A DNA stretch of 64,000 bases from Candidatus Oxydemutatoraceae bacterium (GTDB lineage Bacteria; Pseudomonadota; Gammaproteobacteria; Poriferisulfidales; Oxydemutatoraceae): NCBI GenBank assembly GCA_965218975.1, contig OZ244717.1, positions 480,001-544,000 of the forward strand. The letters are read 5' to 3'. Below, piece after piece: positions 24,622 to 34,978 of the stretch. Below the pieces are notes generated by a model. That model ran no database searches. It was given only the letters and a program-made list of their open reading frames with translations, and was not told the origin of the DNA. Both the position numbers and the translations under genes were made by a program. The first letter of the stretch is position 1, and the number at the start of each line of letters is the position of its first letter.

Positions 24622-26787
24622 CTATACACGCATAACGCGGATGCTCTGCGAAAGATTATGAATTTTACGGATGATTTTTGCCAAATGGTCACGGTTTTTT
24701 ACCGCAATAACAAAAGTGAGCGCAACCAATCCGCTGGCGCGATTGTCAATCGTGATGTTTTCAATATTAGACCCCAACCGTGCAATCTGCCCGGCGATAA
24801 CGGCAAGCATGCCACGTTTGTGCTGCACAATGACTCGTATAGATGCCTGATACTCAACATCGGTCGCGCGCGGCGACCATTCCAGAAACAGACGACCATG
24901 TCTGTTGTCGGCGCTTGTCGACATGTTTGAGCATTCATTGCGATGTATCACCAACCCTTTGCCCGGATTCATATTGCCAAAAATTCTATCCCCAGGAATC
25001 GGGTAACAACATTTCGCATACGTCACTACCATTCCCTCAGTGCCTTTGATGGCAAGCGCCGACGTAGAGGCGCTTGATGCAGCACTATGCGCTATTTTTT
25101 CACCGAGTAATCGTCGTGTGACCAATGCCGACATCTGTTTGCCCAAACCGATTTCTTGAAACAGTTCATCGGGCTTGTTCCATCCAAACTCGATTAGCAA
25201 TCGGTTAAACGCTTGCGGAGCAAGTGTTGCAAGGTTGCTACCGTAAGCCTTCAAAGATTGCTCAAGTAGCGTTTTGCCCAACTCAATCGCGGCATCGGTG
25301 TGCAGTTGTTTTAAGTGACGCCGAATGGCAACCCGTGCTTTTGGAGTGACGGCAAAACTTAGCCATTGCGGTTTGGCTTGGATAAATCCTCCGTTGGTCA
25401 AAATTTCCACCGTTTGCCCTGTACGCAATTCTTGGCTGATGCAGCAAGCTTTTTTATTAATCAATGCCGCAGTGCAGCCCAAACCGATGTCGGTGTGAAC
25501 AGCGAACGCGAAATCCAACATCGTCGCGCCGCGCGGCAGAGTAATGATCTTCCCCTTCGGAGTGAATACATACACCTCGTCGTCAAACAAGCTACCTTTG
25601 AACTGCTCCATAAACTCTTCGGCTCCGTCGTCATCCTGCATATCAATCAATCCCTGCACCCACTCACGCGCTTTAATATGCTCGGACGCAACCGTCGTGA
25701 TATTACTACCGTCGGTCTTATACAACACATGCGCGGCAATGCCCTGTTCGGCAACGGCATTCATATCATACGTACGGATTTGCACTTCCAGAGGGATGCC
25801 GTGCGGACCAAAGAGCACCGTATGTAACGATTGATAACCGTTTGGTTTCGGAATCGCAATGTAATCCTTGAAACACCCCGGTTTGGGACGGTACAAATTA
25901 TGTACCAATCCGAGAATACGATAGCAGTTATCAACGTTTGTCGTCTTGATACGTATCGCCATGATATCCATAATCTGCGAGAAGGACAGTTGCTTTTCGC
26001 GCATTTTTCGATAGATGCTGTACACATCTTTGCGGCGGTTAAAAATCTCATGCTGAATATGATGCAGATTGAGTATCTCGGTGATGTGCCGACATACCTT
26101 CGTCATGTCATCCTGATATTTATCAATGTTTTTATTAATCGCTACAGTTAAAACGCGATGGCGTAACGGATACAAGTTGACAAATCCCAACTCCTCCAAC
26201 TCACGGCGCACTCGATCTATGCCTAAGCGTTGAGCAATCGGCGCGTAAATTCCCAATGTTTCGCGCGCGACATTACAGCGACTCCGGTGTGTCTTATATT
26301 CCAGCGTACGCATGTTATGCAGGCGATCGGCAAGTTTTACAAGAATCACTCGCAAATCTTTTGTCATCGCCAATAGCATTTTCTGAAAGCTTTCGGCTTG
26401 CCCGATTTTTCTCTGCTGCGAGCCTAAATGTTCAATTTTGCTAACCCCGTCAACGATGTCGGCAACTTGCGTGCCGAACATCCCAACGATTTCATCTTTA
26501 CAAACTTTAGTATCTTCTAACACATCGTGCAATAAACCCGCAATGATGGCAGCGGCATCCAACTTTAATTCGGCAATGACTCGCGCGACCTGCAAGGGGT
26601 GAGAAATATACGGTTCACCTGATAAACGCAACTGTCCCGAATGCGCTTGCGCGCTGAATTGATAAGCGTGTTCAATATCAGCGATATCTTGCACGGATAG
26701 ATACGACAACTGTGCATAAAAATCTTGCGGGAGACGGTCGGGGACGACCTGATCTACGGTTGCTGCATGCCCTGCCCGCAATTCCAT
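24622..26787 (-). CDS. spoT: Bifunctional (p)ppGpp synthetase/hydrolase SpoT
   Basis: Intact HD motif (LLHDVLED), KLADRLHNMRTL, TGS and ACT domains; rpoZ-spoT synteny. Confidence 0.95.
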   Translation of the reverse strand: MELRAGHAATVDQVVPDRLPQDFYAQLSYLSVQDIADIEHAYQFSAQAHSGQLRLSGEPYISHPLQVARVIAELKLDAAAIIAGLLHDVLEDTKVCKDEIVGMFGTQVADIVDGVSKIEHLGSQQRKIGQAESFQKMLLAMTKDLRVILVKLADRLHNMRTLEYKTHRSRCNVARETLGIYAPIAQRLGIDRVRRELEELGFVNLYPLRHRVLTVAINKNIDKYQDDMTKVCRHITEILNLHHIQHEIFNRRKDVYSIYRKMREKQLSFSQIMDIMAIRIKTTNVDNCYRILGLVHNLYRPKPGCFKDYIAIPKPNGYQSLHTVLFGPHGIPLEVQIRTYDMNAVAEQGIAAHVLYKTDGSNITTVASEHIKAREWVQGLIDMQDDDGAEEFMEQFKGSLFDDEVYVFTPKGKIITLPRGATMLDFAFAVHTDIGLGCTAALINKKACCISQELRTGQTVEILTNGGFIQAKPQWLSFAVTPKARVAIRRHLKQLHTDAAIELGKTLLEQSLKAYGSNLATLAPQAFNRLLIEFGWNKPDELFQEIGLGKQMSALVTRRLLGEKIAHSAASSASTSALAIKGTEGMVVTYAKCCYPIPGDRIFGNMNPGKGLVIHRNECSNMSTSADNRHGRLFLEWSPRATDVEYQASIRVIVQHKRGMLAVIAGQIARLGSNIENITIDNRASGLVALTFVIAVKNRDHLAKIIRKIHNLSQSIRVMRV

Positions 26788-26855
26788 TGCAAGTTATTGA
26801 GCGGGCGGTCCCGTGCGCTTTGCCCAGATTGCATGGTTAAAAAGACACAACCGCT

Positions 26856-27527
26856 TCATGCGTTTTTTTCTTCGTCTGCTGCCTGAGAAATCGTGTCCAA
26901 ATTTAAATCCGCCATGTTTTCCATCGCTTCGGCAGTCTGAGCATTTATTTCGTCACTATCCGTTTCAGGCTGTTGGGCTTCTTCTTCGCTTTGCAGGCTT
27001 TCAAGGCTGACAATTCTTGGATTATAAGCTGCGTCTTTAGAGGTTGTTTTATCCTCGGAAATGTCTGTCTCATTCGTATTATTACCGAACATTCTATTCG
27101 GCACATCTTCATTATCATCATCCGATGATGCGCTTTCCGCACCTTCGGTGCCTTCAGGCAACATCACCTCATTCGCTGCACCTTCTGCTATGCCTTCGTT
27201 GAAGTTTGCTCTCAAATTGCCGACTTCCATACCGGGGACGGCGACCGCACCGGGCCGCATGTTGATGTCATTAGCCAGCAGTCCGGCTAAACTTTTTCCA
27301 GACCCGGCGAGAGTCGGTTCAATCAACGGTTCATTCAACACGCTCTCGTCAACTTTGCCTTCGGCAATTTCGCGTAGGGAGACAACGGTTGTTTTGTGCT
27401 TATCCGACGACTCGATACGCGCCTCGGAGCCGGTGTGTAACAGTCGTGCACGGTGGCTAGCAATCCGCACCAGTTGAAAATGGTTTTTAATTTTCTGAAG
27501 ACAATCTTCTACAGTAATACGCGCCAT
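26856..27527 (-). CDS. rpoZ: RNA polymerase omega subunit with long acidic C-terminal extension
   Basis: MARITVEDCL..F.LV..AS.RAR..K.TVV.LREIAEG, then about 150 low-complexity acidic residues. Confidence 0.9.
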   Translation of the reverse strand: MARITVEDCLQKIKNHFQLVRIASHRARLLHTGSEARIESSDKHKTTVVSLREIAEGKVDESVLNEPLIEPTLAGSGKSLAGLLANDINMRPGAVAVPGMEVGNLRANFNEGIAEGAANEVMLPEGTEGAESASSDDDNEDVPNRMFGNNTNETDISEDKTTSKDAAYNPRIVSLESLQSEEEAQQPETDSDEINAQTAEAMENMADLNLDTISQAADEEKNA

Positions 27528-27930
27528 CTGGTTGTGACTCAAGTTAAGTTAAACGGGGCACTATTATATAAAGCTCTAGCAGTTTCGTCCACTAATTGTA
27601 TGACGATGACTCCTGCCTGCCTTCGTTATTCGCCTCTGTCGGCATGACCGACGGAATAGCCGCATTGCATGAGAGTGTTGTAAACAAGCGATCACATACA
27701 AGGAACCGGCATTTTGAAATGACCCGCGTCTGCCGGATTCATCCCGCTACGCCGACAATCACTATCGGCACACTGGCTTTAAAGAATCCTTGACACGGAT
27801 GAGTGCTACAACCGCATAATCCGTACAAGCCTATACACAAACTAACGCGCTGAAAATCAAGCCATCATTATGCTCTATTGCGTATTACCGCTGCAATGAA
27901 CCGGTAAAATCGGATCGGATGGCTTAAGCT

Positions 27931-28674
27931 TTAGTACATCAACTCAACCCGCCGATTCATTTTATGTGCTCGTTCACTGTTACCTTGATGCAGCGGACGT
28001 TCTTCACCATAGCTAACCGTTACGATCTGAGATGGGGAAACTCCCATTTCTTCAAGGATGTCCGCCACCATCCGAGCGCGTTGCAGGCCCAGCCGTTTGT
28101 TATATTCTCGCGATGCCACGCTGTCGGTATGCCCTTCAATAGTTACAATCAAGTCGGGATTTTTCTGTAAATAAGCGGCATGCGCCTCCAACAGATGCAT
28201 CCCCGCGGAGCCAGTCCGAGCTTTCTTATAATCAAACTGCACAATATTATTGTTCGGTTGCCCGCCACTTGCTTCTTGGAGACGACCGGCGGCTTGCTTA
28301 CCTTTCATTGCTGTCTCTGTAGGACGACGTGTCGGCGGCATCGCTTCTTCATCCGCCATCTGACCATCGTAGTTAAGGCGGCGAGGGGACTCCTCTGACG
28401 TTTCTTTTTTGGCACTCACCACTTCACGATACAATTCATTGCCATCCTCATCAACGTACACATAAACGATCTCTTCCACACCTTCTCCTGAAAACTCGTC
28501 CTCTTCCAATCCATTTTCCACTTCTATTTCGTCATCAAATACAATTTCTTTGACTTCTTCCTCATCGTCAAAAAACCAATCCCATGATTTTGAACTACAG
28601 CCAGTCAGCGCTAAAACGATAATTAAAGCGAGTAATAAAGGTTTGTATAAAGTCATGCTCGTTTCCCCTTTCAT
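27931..28674 (-). CDS. OmpA/Pal-like peptidoglycan-binding lipoprotein
   Basis: Lipobox LALTGC; C-terminal IEGHTD...YN..LG.QRA, SYGEERP, NRRVEL; acidic linker. Confidence 0.88.
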   Translation of the reverse strand: MKGETSMTLYKPLLLALIIVLALTGCSSKSWDWFFDDEEEVKEIVFDDEIEVENGLEEDEFSGEGVEEIVYVYVDEDGNELYREVVSAKKETSEESPRRLNYDGQMADEEAMPPTRRPTETAMKGKQAAGRLQEASGGQPNNNIVQFDYKKARTGSAGMHLLEAHAAYLQKNPDLIVTIEGHTDSVASREYNKRLGLQRARMVADILEEMGVSPSQIVTVSYGEERPLHQGNSERAHKMNRRVELMY

Positions 28675-28856
28675 TTTTTCCTTGGCAGCACCGCATCGGT
28701 CCTATTCTTAGGATCATATTTATTTGCGATGAACTTGCGTAACCGCCATTTCACATCTAGCCCGATTGTTTGCAACTATTCATTCAGGGCGCATCGCTTT
28801 GCCCCGGAATTATTTTTTATGTTTCATGCGCATTCGGCGCTTCCACGCAAATCCGA

Positions 28857-29354
28857 TTAATTCCCGCATTTACCTTCGCCGCACTTACCTTCTTTATCTT
28901 TTTTCATTTCACTTCCACCGCATTTACCTTCTTTATCTTTTTTCATTTCACTTCCACCGCATTTACCTTCTTTATCTTTTTTCATTTCACTTCCACCGCA
29001 TTTACCTTCGCCGCACTTACCTTCTTTATCTTTTTTCATTTCACTTCCACCGCATTTACCTTCGCCGCACTTACCTTCTTTATCTTTTTTCATTTCACTT
29101 CCACCGCATTTACCTTCGCCGCACTTGCCTTCTTTATCTTTTTTCATTTCACTTCCACCGCATTTACCTTCGCCGCATTTACCTTCCATGCTTTTCTTCA
29201 TTGAATGGTTGTCGGCCAATTGCATATAACCGGAAGAGAGCTCTTGCATTTCAAAAGGGGATTGTTCGGCATTCATATTCGCGGATAATGTTCCCGCAAT
29301 CACAGTTGAAACAATGGCGACAGACGCCTTGAGTTTAAATTTTTTGTGCTCCAT
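28857..29354 (-). CDS. Secreted EGKCG-repeat low-complexity protein (HvfA/bufferin-type RiPP metallophore precursor)
   Basis: Signal peptide, SPF...ELSSGY.QLA motif, 12 EGKCG units. Confidence 0.85.
   Translation of the reverse strand: MEHKKFKLKASVAIVSTVIAGTLSANMNAEQSPFEMQELSSGYMQLADNHSMKKSMEGKCGEGKCGGSEMKKDKEGKCGEGKCGGSEMKKDKEGKCGEGKCGGSEMKKDKEGKCGEGKCGGSEMKKDKEGKCGGSEMKKDKEGKCGGSEMKKDKEGKCGEGKCGN
28863..29186. repeat. Intragenic tandem repeat with 54-bp and 39-bp units (EGKCG[EGKCG]GSEMKKDK)
   Basis: Near-identical CCTTCTTTATCTTTTTTCATTTCACTTCCACCGCATTTA units. Confidence 0.95.
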
Positions 29355-29744
29355 TTTTTCCTCGCTTAAAGAAGTTACGTCAACTTTCGCGCAGTATAAT
29401 GCACTTTAATGTTTATTTCCATAATTTTATAGTATGGACCGGAACAATTTTGGTAGTTTCACACTCGCAATTTCGCTTCGTGGCGGTAGTATACGGCTTA
29501 ATACGCTACGGACAATGCGAATGGTGTGATGGGCGCGCGCTGCCCTGGACACAATCAGCGACAGCGCGCTGTTTTTCGGCAATTGTTCCCCGTTCTCAAA
29601 ACTCGAATTAAAAACTCAATGTTCGCACGCGCCGTACCGAACGGCATATATTATAAAGATGCCTTTTTTATCCGCATCTTTGCAACTTCAGCGATTATGC
29701 TCTCCTATTGAAACTCCACATCCCGAATGTCTTAACGATCGCAA

Positions 29745-31016
29745 TCAACGAGTCGCTGCTTTGTGTATTTGTCGCCGCAAATCCGCAACTTTTCCAACTA
29801 CCACTCGTGGCGGCACTTCGGTAAAATCCCGGCGCGGTTCGAGCGGTATATTTTTCGAGTGTGTCATCATGTGAGACTTCCAATCTTCACTTGCAAACTC
29901 GCGTCTCGGATTAAAGTTGACCCAGCGCCGATAATGGCCGGCATTGTTAATCACCACAGGATAAAAAGTTTGGACGTAGTGGCATGTGCGAAAATGCGCC
30001 GGAAACAATTCCAGCAGACCGGCATTTTTCGGAAGCATCATGCTAAGACCAAGCCCCGCACCATGCATTCCTATCAATATGTCAGTCTCATGAACCAAAC
30101 GCAATTGGTCGCTCATTGGCAAGTCTTCCAAAAAATGCTCTTTAACTTCGGCATCAAGAAATTTCTTGCGTAAGGCCGCGACAATTTCATCCGCATTGCT
30201 AATTTTTCTGGATACAAAGTTTGTATACGTAGTACGCACTTTGTAATCACGGCGCAACACCAAAGTGATCTTGCCGACCCTGCTACTGCGGTCCCTTAAT
30301 TTAATCCCGAAAGCAAGCGCTAGGCATTGACGTGTTTGCTCTATCACATCGCCTTGTTGCCATATGAACCGATCATACTGCACAAGCCTCAACTTGCGAA
30401 AGAAACATTTACCGCGCATACCCTCAATATGCTTTACATCAAACACCTTAGTGATCAAAGTGCCCACTTCCGTATGCATCTTGCTTCCTTGGAAAAGCAG
30501 CAGTCCGGTATGAATAGGGATATTGAAACTTGTAAAACAATGCACTAAATAGGTGAGTTCGCGCAGCACAATAGCGGGGTTTGCCCGTGCGGCTTGAGGC
30601 GGACACAGAAACACATTTTTTTCAGAAGTGGATTCGGCGGCGGCAGGCATCGGCGCCATTGTTTGCCGCCATTTGTTAAAATCGAAAACCTGCGTGAGTT
30701 TTGTGGCCGAAGGACTAATTCTGTCGCCTATACGCATAAAAGATTCTGCAAAAACTGTCTCTTTGCCGACCCTTTTACACAAATCGAAATCCACCAGCAC
30801 ATTTTCGCACTGTAATAGATGCCCTTCCTTTTTAACCGCACCGTTAAATCTTTGACAAGGAGAAACGTCACAACCAACTATCCTTTTATTTTTGCGACCA
30901 TACAAGCTTTGTTTAACGATCGGACGCACCACTCGATTATCAAATCCGGTCATGAACACTGCGATCCAATAAAACAAAATATGCATCGATAGCAATTTGA
31001 CGTATTGCCAATACAA
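29745..31016 (-). CDS. Glycosyltransferase family 61 (DUF563/EOGT-like)
   Basis: R.ISN.DE, QL.LVHETDILIGMHGAGL, LLELFP motifs. Confidence 0.8.
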   Translation of the reverse strand: MYWQYVKLLSMHILFYWIAVFMTGFDNRVVRPIVKQSLYGRKNKRIVGCDVSPCQRFNGAVKKEGHLLQCENVLVDFDLCKRVGKETVFAESFMRIGDRISPSATKLTQVFDFNKWRQTMAPMPAAAESTSEKNVFLCPPQAARANPAIVLRELTYLVHCFTSFNIPIHTGLLLFQGSKMHTEVGTLITKVFDVKHIEGMRGKCFFRKLRLVQYDRFIWQQGDVIEQTRQCLALAFGIKLRDRSSRVGKITLVLRRDYKVRTTYTNFVSRKISNADEIVAALRKKFLDAEVKEHFLEDLPMSDQLRLVHETDILIGMHGAGLGLSMMLPKNAGLLELFPAHFRTCHYVQTFYPVVINNAGHYRRWVNFNPRREFASEDWKSHMMTHSKNIPLEPRRDFTEVPPRVVVGKVADLRRQIHKAATR

Positions 31017-31350
31017 TTTATTTACTTCCTTAGTAACGCTTAGTGTAACAAAAGCGTCGGTAGAAAAATCTTGCTTCCAATACAGATTAATCGTATGGCT
31101 GCGAATTATAATCCGCCGATTGGTTAAATCTCCGATAAGCCCGTCTGATTGACAAAAGTTCCATTATCAATGAATTCTTCTTGCAGGAGTTCCGACATTT
31201 GAAAGTATTTGAGTCACTTACCTGTATATTAGTTTATATTATATTGTGTAATCTCGGTTTAGCAATCGAATAGAATTCGAATTTTTATTTAATATTTTCA
31301 GTTAAATCCTCTTAAATTCTTGCATCTTTCAGAAAACAAGCCTAAAATCT

Positions 31351-31812
31351 ATGAACATGTCGGAAATACTTTTATTAAACGGACCTAATCTTAATTTACT
31401 CGGTCAACGTGAACCTGAAGTCTATGGGTGCGACACGCTGTCAGACGTTATCCGCCGGTCGCGAGATACGGCAAGGCTGGCAGGATTGACGCTGACCGAC
31501 TTTCAAACCAATAGTGAAAGCGAATTGATTCAGCGAATTCAGGCAGTGCTGAGCGATGATACTAATTTCATTATTTTCAACCCTGGTGCATTGACGCATA
31601 CAAGTATTGCTCTGCGTGATGCGCTGCTGGCTGTTGACACTCCGTTTGTCGAAGTGCATCTATCCAATGTGTTTGCGCGGGAGGGATTTCGGCAACGTTC
31701 TTATCTGTCCGATATCGCCGTAGGTGTCGTATCCGGTTTGGGCGTGAACGGTTATCTGGCGGCAATCTCTTTTGCGGCACAATACTTGCGGCAAAAAAGC
31801 CAAGGGACCTAA
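31351..31812 (+). CDS. aroQ: Type II 3-dehydroquinate dehydratase
   Basis: LNGPNLNLLGQREPEVYG, EVHLSN. Confidence 0.97.
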   Translation: MNMSEILLLNGPNLNLLGQREPEVYGCDTLSDVIRRSRDTARLAGLTLTDFQTNSESELIQRIQAVLSDDTNFIIFNPGALTHTSIALRDALLAVDTPFVEVHLSNVFAREGFRQRSYLSDIAVGVVSGLGVNGYLAAISFAAQYLRQKSQGT

Positions 31813-32292
31813 ATGGATATTCGCAAAGTTAAAAAATTGATAGAAATGCTTCAAGACGCACCCGATATCGGTGAAATAGAAGTGCGTGAAGGCGAAGAAT
31901 CGGTGCGTTTAACGCGCACCCCTAAAACACCGAGCGTGCCAATGCCGCAACAAGTTCAAATTCCCACGCCGGCTGCGACAAAACCGGCGCCTACGGCGGG
32001 ACCGGTCACAACCGCCTACGCTGAGGTGCCTGATGAAGCAATAGAGGAGGGAAACGGTGAAGTGATTAAATCGCCGATGGTCGGCACTTTCTATGCCGCT
32101 CCCGCACCTGATGCCGAACCATTCGTTCGTGAAGGAACAACCGTTAAACAAGGCGACACCTTGTGTATTATTGAAGCGATGAAAACGATGAATCAAATTC
32201 CGGCGCCGGTCAGTGGCGCTGTAACAAAGGTTTTTGTCGAGGACAGAGACCCGGTTGAGTTTGATCAACCGTTGATGACCATTCAACCTTGA
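31813..32292 (+). CDS. accB: Biotin carboxyl carrier protein
   Basis: [23 protein letters not shown]. Confidence 0.97.
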   Translation: MDIRKVKKLIEMLQDAPDIGEIEVREGEESVRLTRTPKTPSVPMPQQVQIPTPAATKPAPTAGPVTTAYAEVPDEAIEEGNGEVIKSPMVGTFYAAPAPDAEPFVREGTTVKQGDTLCIIEAMKTMNQIPAPVSGAVTKVFVEDRDPVEFDQPLMTIQP

Positions 32293-32308
32293 GCCGTCAT
32301 GCACACCG

Positions 32309-33658
32309 ATGCTTGACAAAATTGTCATTGCAAACCGGGGAGAAATTGCTCTGCGGATTTTGCGCGCGTGCAAAGAACTTGGCGTTAAAACAGTTGCGGT
32401 TTACTCGCAAGCGGATGTTTCGCTAAAACATGTCAAACTCGCCGACGAGTCGGTCTGCATCGGCCCGGCGAATTCGAGCCAAAGCTACCTTAACATTCCG
32501 GCAATTATCAGTGCGGCGGAATTAACCGACGCAATGGCAGTTCATCCGGGCTATGGCTTTTTATCGGAAAACGCGCACTTTGCGGAACAAGTTGAATCAA
32601 GCGGATTTATTTTTATCGGTCCGCACGCAAAAACGATTGCTTTGATGGGCGATAAGATTTCCGCACGCAAAGCGATGCAAAACGCGAGTATTCCATGTGT
32701 GCCGGGCTCTGACGGACCGATCGGTTCCGATGTTTTGGAAAATATTGAAATAGCGCGTCGCATCGGCTATCCGGTTATCATCAAAGCTGCCGCCGGAGGA
32801 GGCGGGCGCGGTATGCGAGTGGTGCATAGCGAAGGGGCTTTGGCAAATGCAATCATGTTGACACGGTCGGAAGCGCAATCGACATTCGGTAGCGATACGG
32901 TATATATGGAAAAATTTCTCGGCCAGCCACGGCATATTGAATTTCAGGTACTAGCAGACGGGCATGGCAACGCAATCCACCTCGGCGAGCGCGATTGTTC
33001 TATGCAACGTCGCCATCAGAAAGTAGTCGAAGAAGCGCCAGCGCCAAGTATTGCTTCAAAGCAAAGAGAACAGATGGGCGCATTGGTCGTACAAGCATGC
33101 TTGGATATCGGGTATCGCGGCGCCGGCACTTTTGAATTTCTCTATGAGGGCGGTAAGTTTTATTTTATTGAGATGAATACCCGTATACAAGTGGAACATC
33201 CTGTGACCGAAATGATAACCGGCATTGACATTGTAAAGTTGCAACTGCAGATTGCAAGCGGGGAAAAACTTCCGCTGGCACAGTCCGACGTTGAGTTTCG
33301 CGGGCATGCGATCGAGTGCCGAATTAACGCCGAAGATCCGAAAACATTTATGCCGTCGCCCGGAAAGATTGATTGGTTTCATGCACCGGGCGGCCCAGGT
33401 ATCCGCATGGATACGCATTTATATAGCGGCTATACTGTGCCGCCATATTATGATTCTTTGATCGGCAAACTCATTGCCTATGGCGAGAACCGAGCGAGCG
33501 CCATTCAACGCTTGCGTTGCGCTTTGGATGAAATGTTTGTGACCGGTATTATCACGAACATCCACTTACATCAGGATATCCTGAACGATGCCGCATTCTG
33601 CGACGGCGGTTTGGATATTCACTATCTTGAGAAAAAACTTGCGCAACATCACGCGTAA
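32309..33658 (+). CDS. accC: Biotin carboxylase
   Basis: [28 protein letters not shown]. Confidence 0.98.
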   Translation: MLDKIVIANRGEIALRILRACKELGVKTVAVYSQADVSLKHVKLADESVCIGPANSSQSYLNIPAIISAAELTDAMAVHPGYGFLSENAHFAEQVESSGFIFIGPHAKTIALMGDKISARKAMQNASIPCVPGSDGPIGSDVLENIEIARRIGYPVIIKAAAGGGGRGMRVVHSEGALANAIMLTRSEAQSTFGSDTVYMEKFLGQPRHIEFQVLADGHGNAIHLGERDCSMQRRHQKVVEEAPAPSIASKQREQMGALVVQACLDIGYRGAGTFEFLYEGGKFYFIEMNTRIQVEHPVTEMITGIDIVKLQLQIASGEKLPLAQSDVEFRGHAIECRINAEDPKTFMPSPGKIDWFHAPGGPGIRMDTHLYSGYTVPPYYDSLIGKLIAYGENRASAIQRLRCALDEMFVTGIITNIHLHQDILNDAAFCDGGLDIHYLEKKLAQHHA

Positions 33659-33852
33659 AATCAATATGCCATTCTATCTGCGTAAGAGCGACGGGGAGTA
33701 TCTGCCTCGTTCTCATTTCCGGCGAATCGTTATTCTCATTGAGGCGGAGACTTTTGCACGCAGGAAAGGAAACTAAAGGCACTGAAAAATCACACAGCGG
33801 TCGGAGTTCGATAATTCATCCGCCGCTTGACGAAACAGCGAAGTGTATCTGT

Positions 33853-34536
33853 TGTATAGTGCCAGATACATATGGGACTCACAGCATGACTCGAAAAGGT
33901 GACCGATATGCAATATCAGCACATCGGCCACCGCATCAAAGGTTTCTATATGAGCCAATTTTGCTTCAAAAATAGAGGCTATTATGAACACAACGGCTCA
34001 ACAGAAATATGATGCCCTATTATTTTGGGAGGGTTGTAACTCCCGAACGCATTCAAGATCGGTCGCAGTACTTTGTACCGCTGGCGCCGACGTTATCGCC
34101 GCACTGGCCTCAGCGCCTTGCATGATCGCGGCAAAGCGCCGCGTAAGAGGCGCCAGCGGATCTGGCCGCAACCGATTCAGTGTGAAACCGTTTTGCGCTT
34201 GTTGCCAGATTGTCGGCAAAGTGCCTGTCGTCCATGACGAGACTTGGTTCTGTCAATGAACCCGAGCCTCGACGTCCTTGTCGGGTCGTTCGCCGCTGAA
34301 AACCAATTGGTTTTCCGGGCGCGTCTCACCCATGACGAGACTTGGTTCTGTCAATGAACCCCAGCCCCGACGTCCTTGTTGGGCCGTTCGCCGCTGAAAA
34401 CCGATCGGTTTTCCGGGCGCGTCTCACCCTGCACCGTCCTCATGCCGGCAACGGACAGAAAGTACCGATCCGAATGTTACTGCCGAACGCTTCCCTCGAA
34501 ACCCTTCAAAAATCCCATTTAGGATGACATCATACA
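33853..34536 (+). mobile_element. Defective IS481-family element (copy C), internally deleted, carrying two 98-bp units
   Basis: Starts TGTATAGTGCCAGATACA, ends AAATCCCATTTAGGATGACATCATACA; same transposase fragments as copies A and B. Confidence 0.85.
34208..34429. repeat. 26-bp tail plus two tandem 98-bp units (34234-34331, 34332-34429), reverse complement relative to the other blocks
   Basis: ATGACGAGACTTGGTTCTGTCAATG...GAAAACC(AATT/GATC)GGTTTTCCGGGCGCGTCTCACCC. Confidence 0.95.
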
Positions 34537-34978
34537 GCACGATGTATGTTAGATATAATTATATGCGATGATGAACTGCGTATTAAATTGAACCGGAAAT
34601 TTTCCGGCTTATGCCCTAAAAATAAGCGTTAAAAACCTTTATACGACGACTTTTTGATTTCTTCACTAAAAGCGATATGTCCAATAACTTCCTTAAATGT
34701 TTCGACATCGTACGGCGGGGTCTGCGTAAATGAAGATTCAGAGTACACTGCTACCGACAGAAATATCCGTTTTATAGCAAGGCTTCACACTGTAAACTGC
34801 TTGCCATAATAAGTGTATTATTGCCGTTTGATCGGCTTTCTCTAGACGAGCTATACGAGACCGTTTATGGAGTATAAAGTTGTTGATCAATTAAATTTTA
34901 GGAAATTGAGGCAGACATGCGTTTCGTCTGTATCTTCTCCGGACACTGTTCCAAAAAACTCTATTTGTAACAAATAAT

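Noticed and set aside
28766-29332. Plus-strand repetitive ORFs (188 and 144 aa)
   Set aside because: They are antisense shadows of the EGKCG-repeat gene, which has a signal peptide and a known motif.
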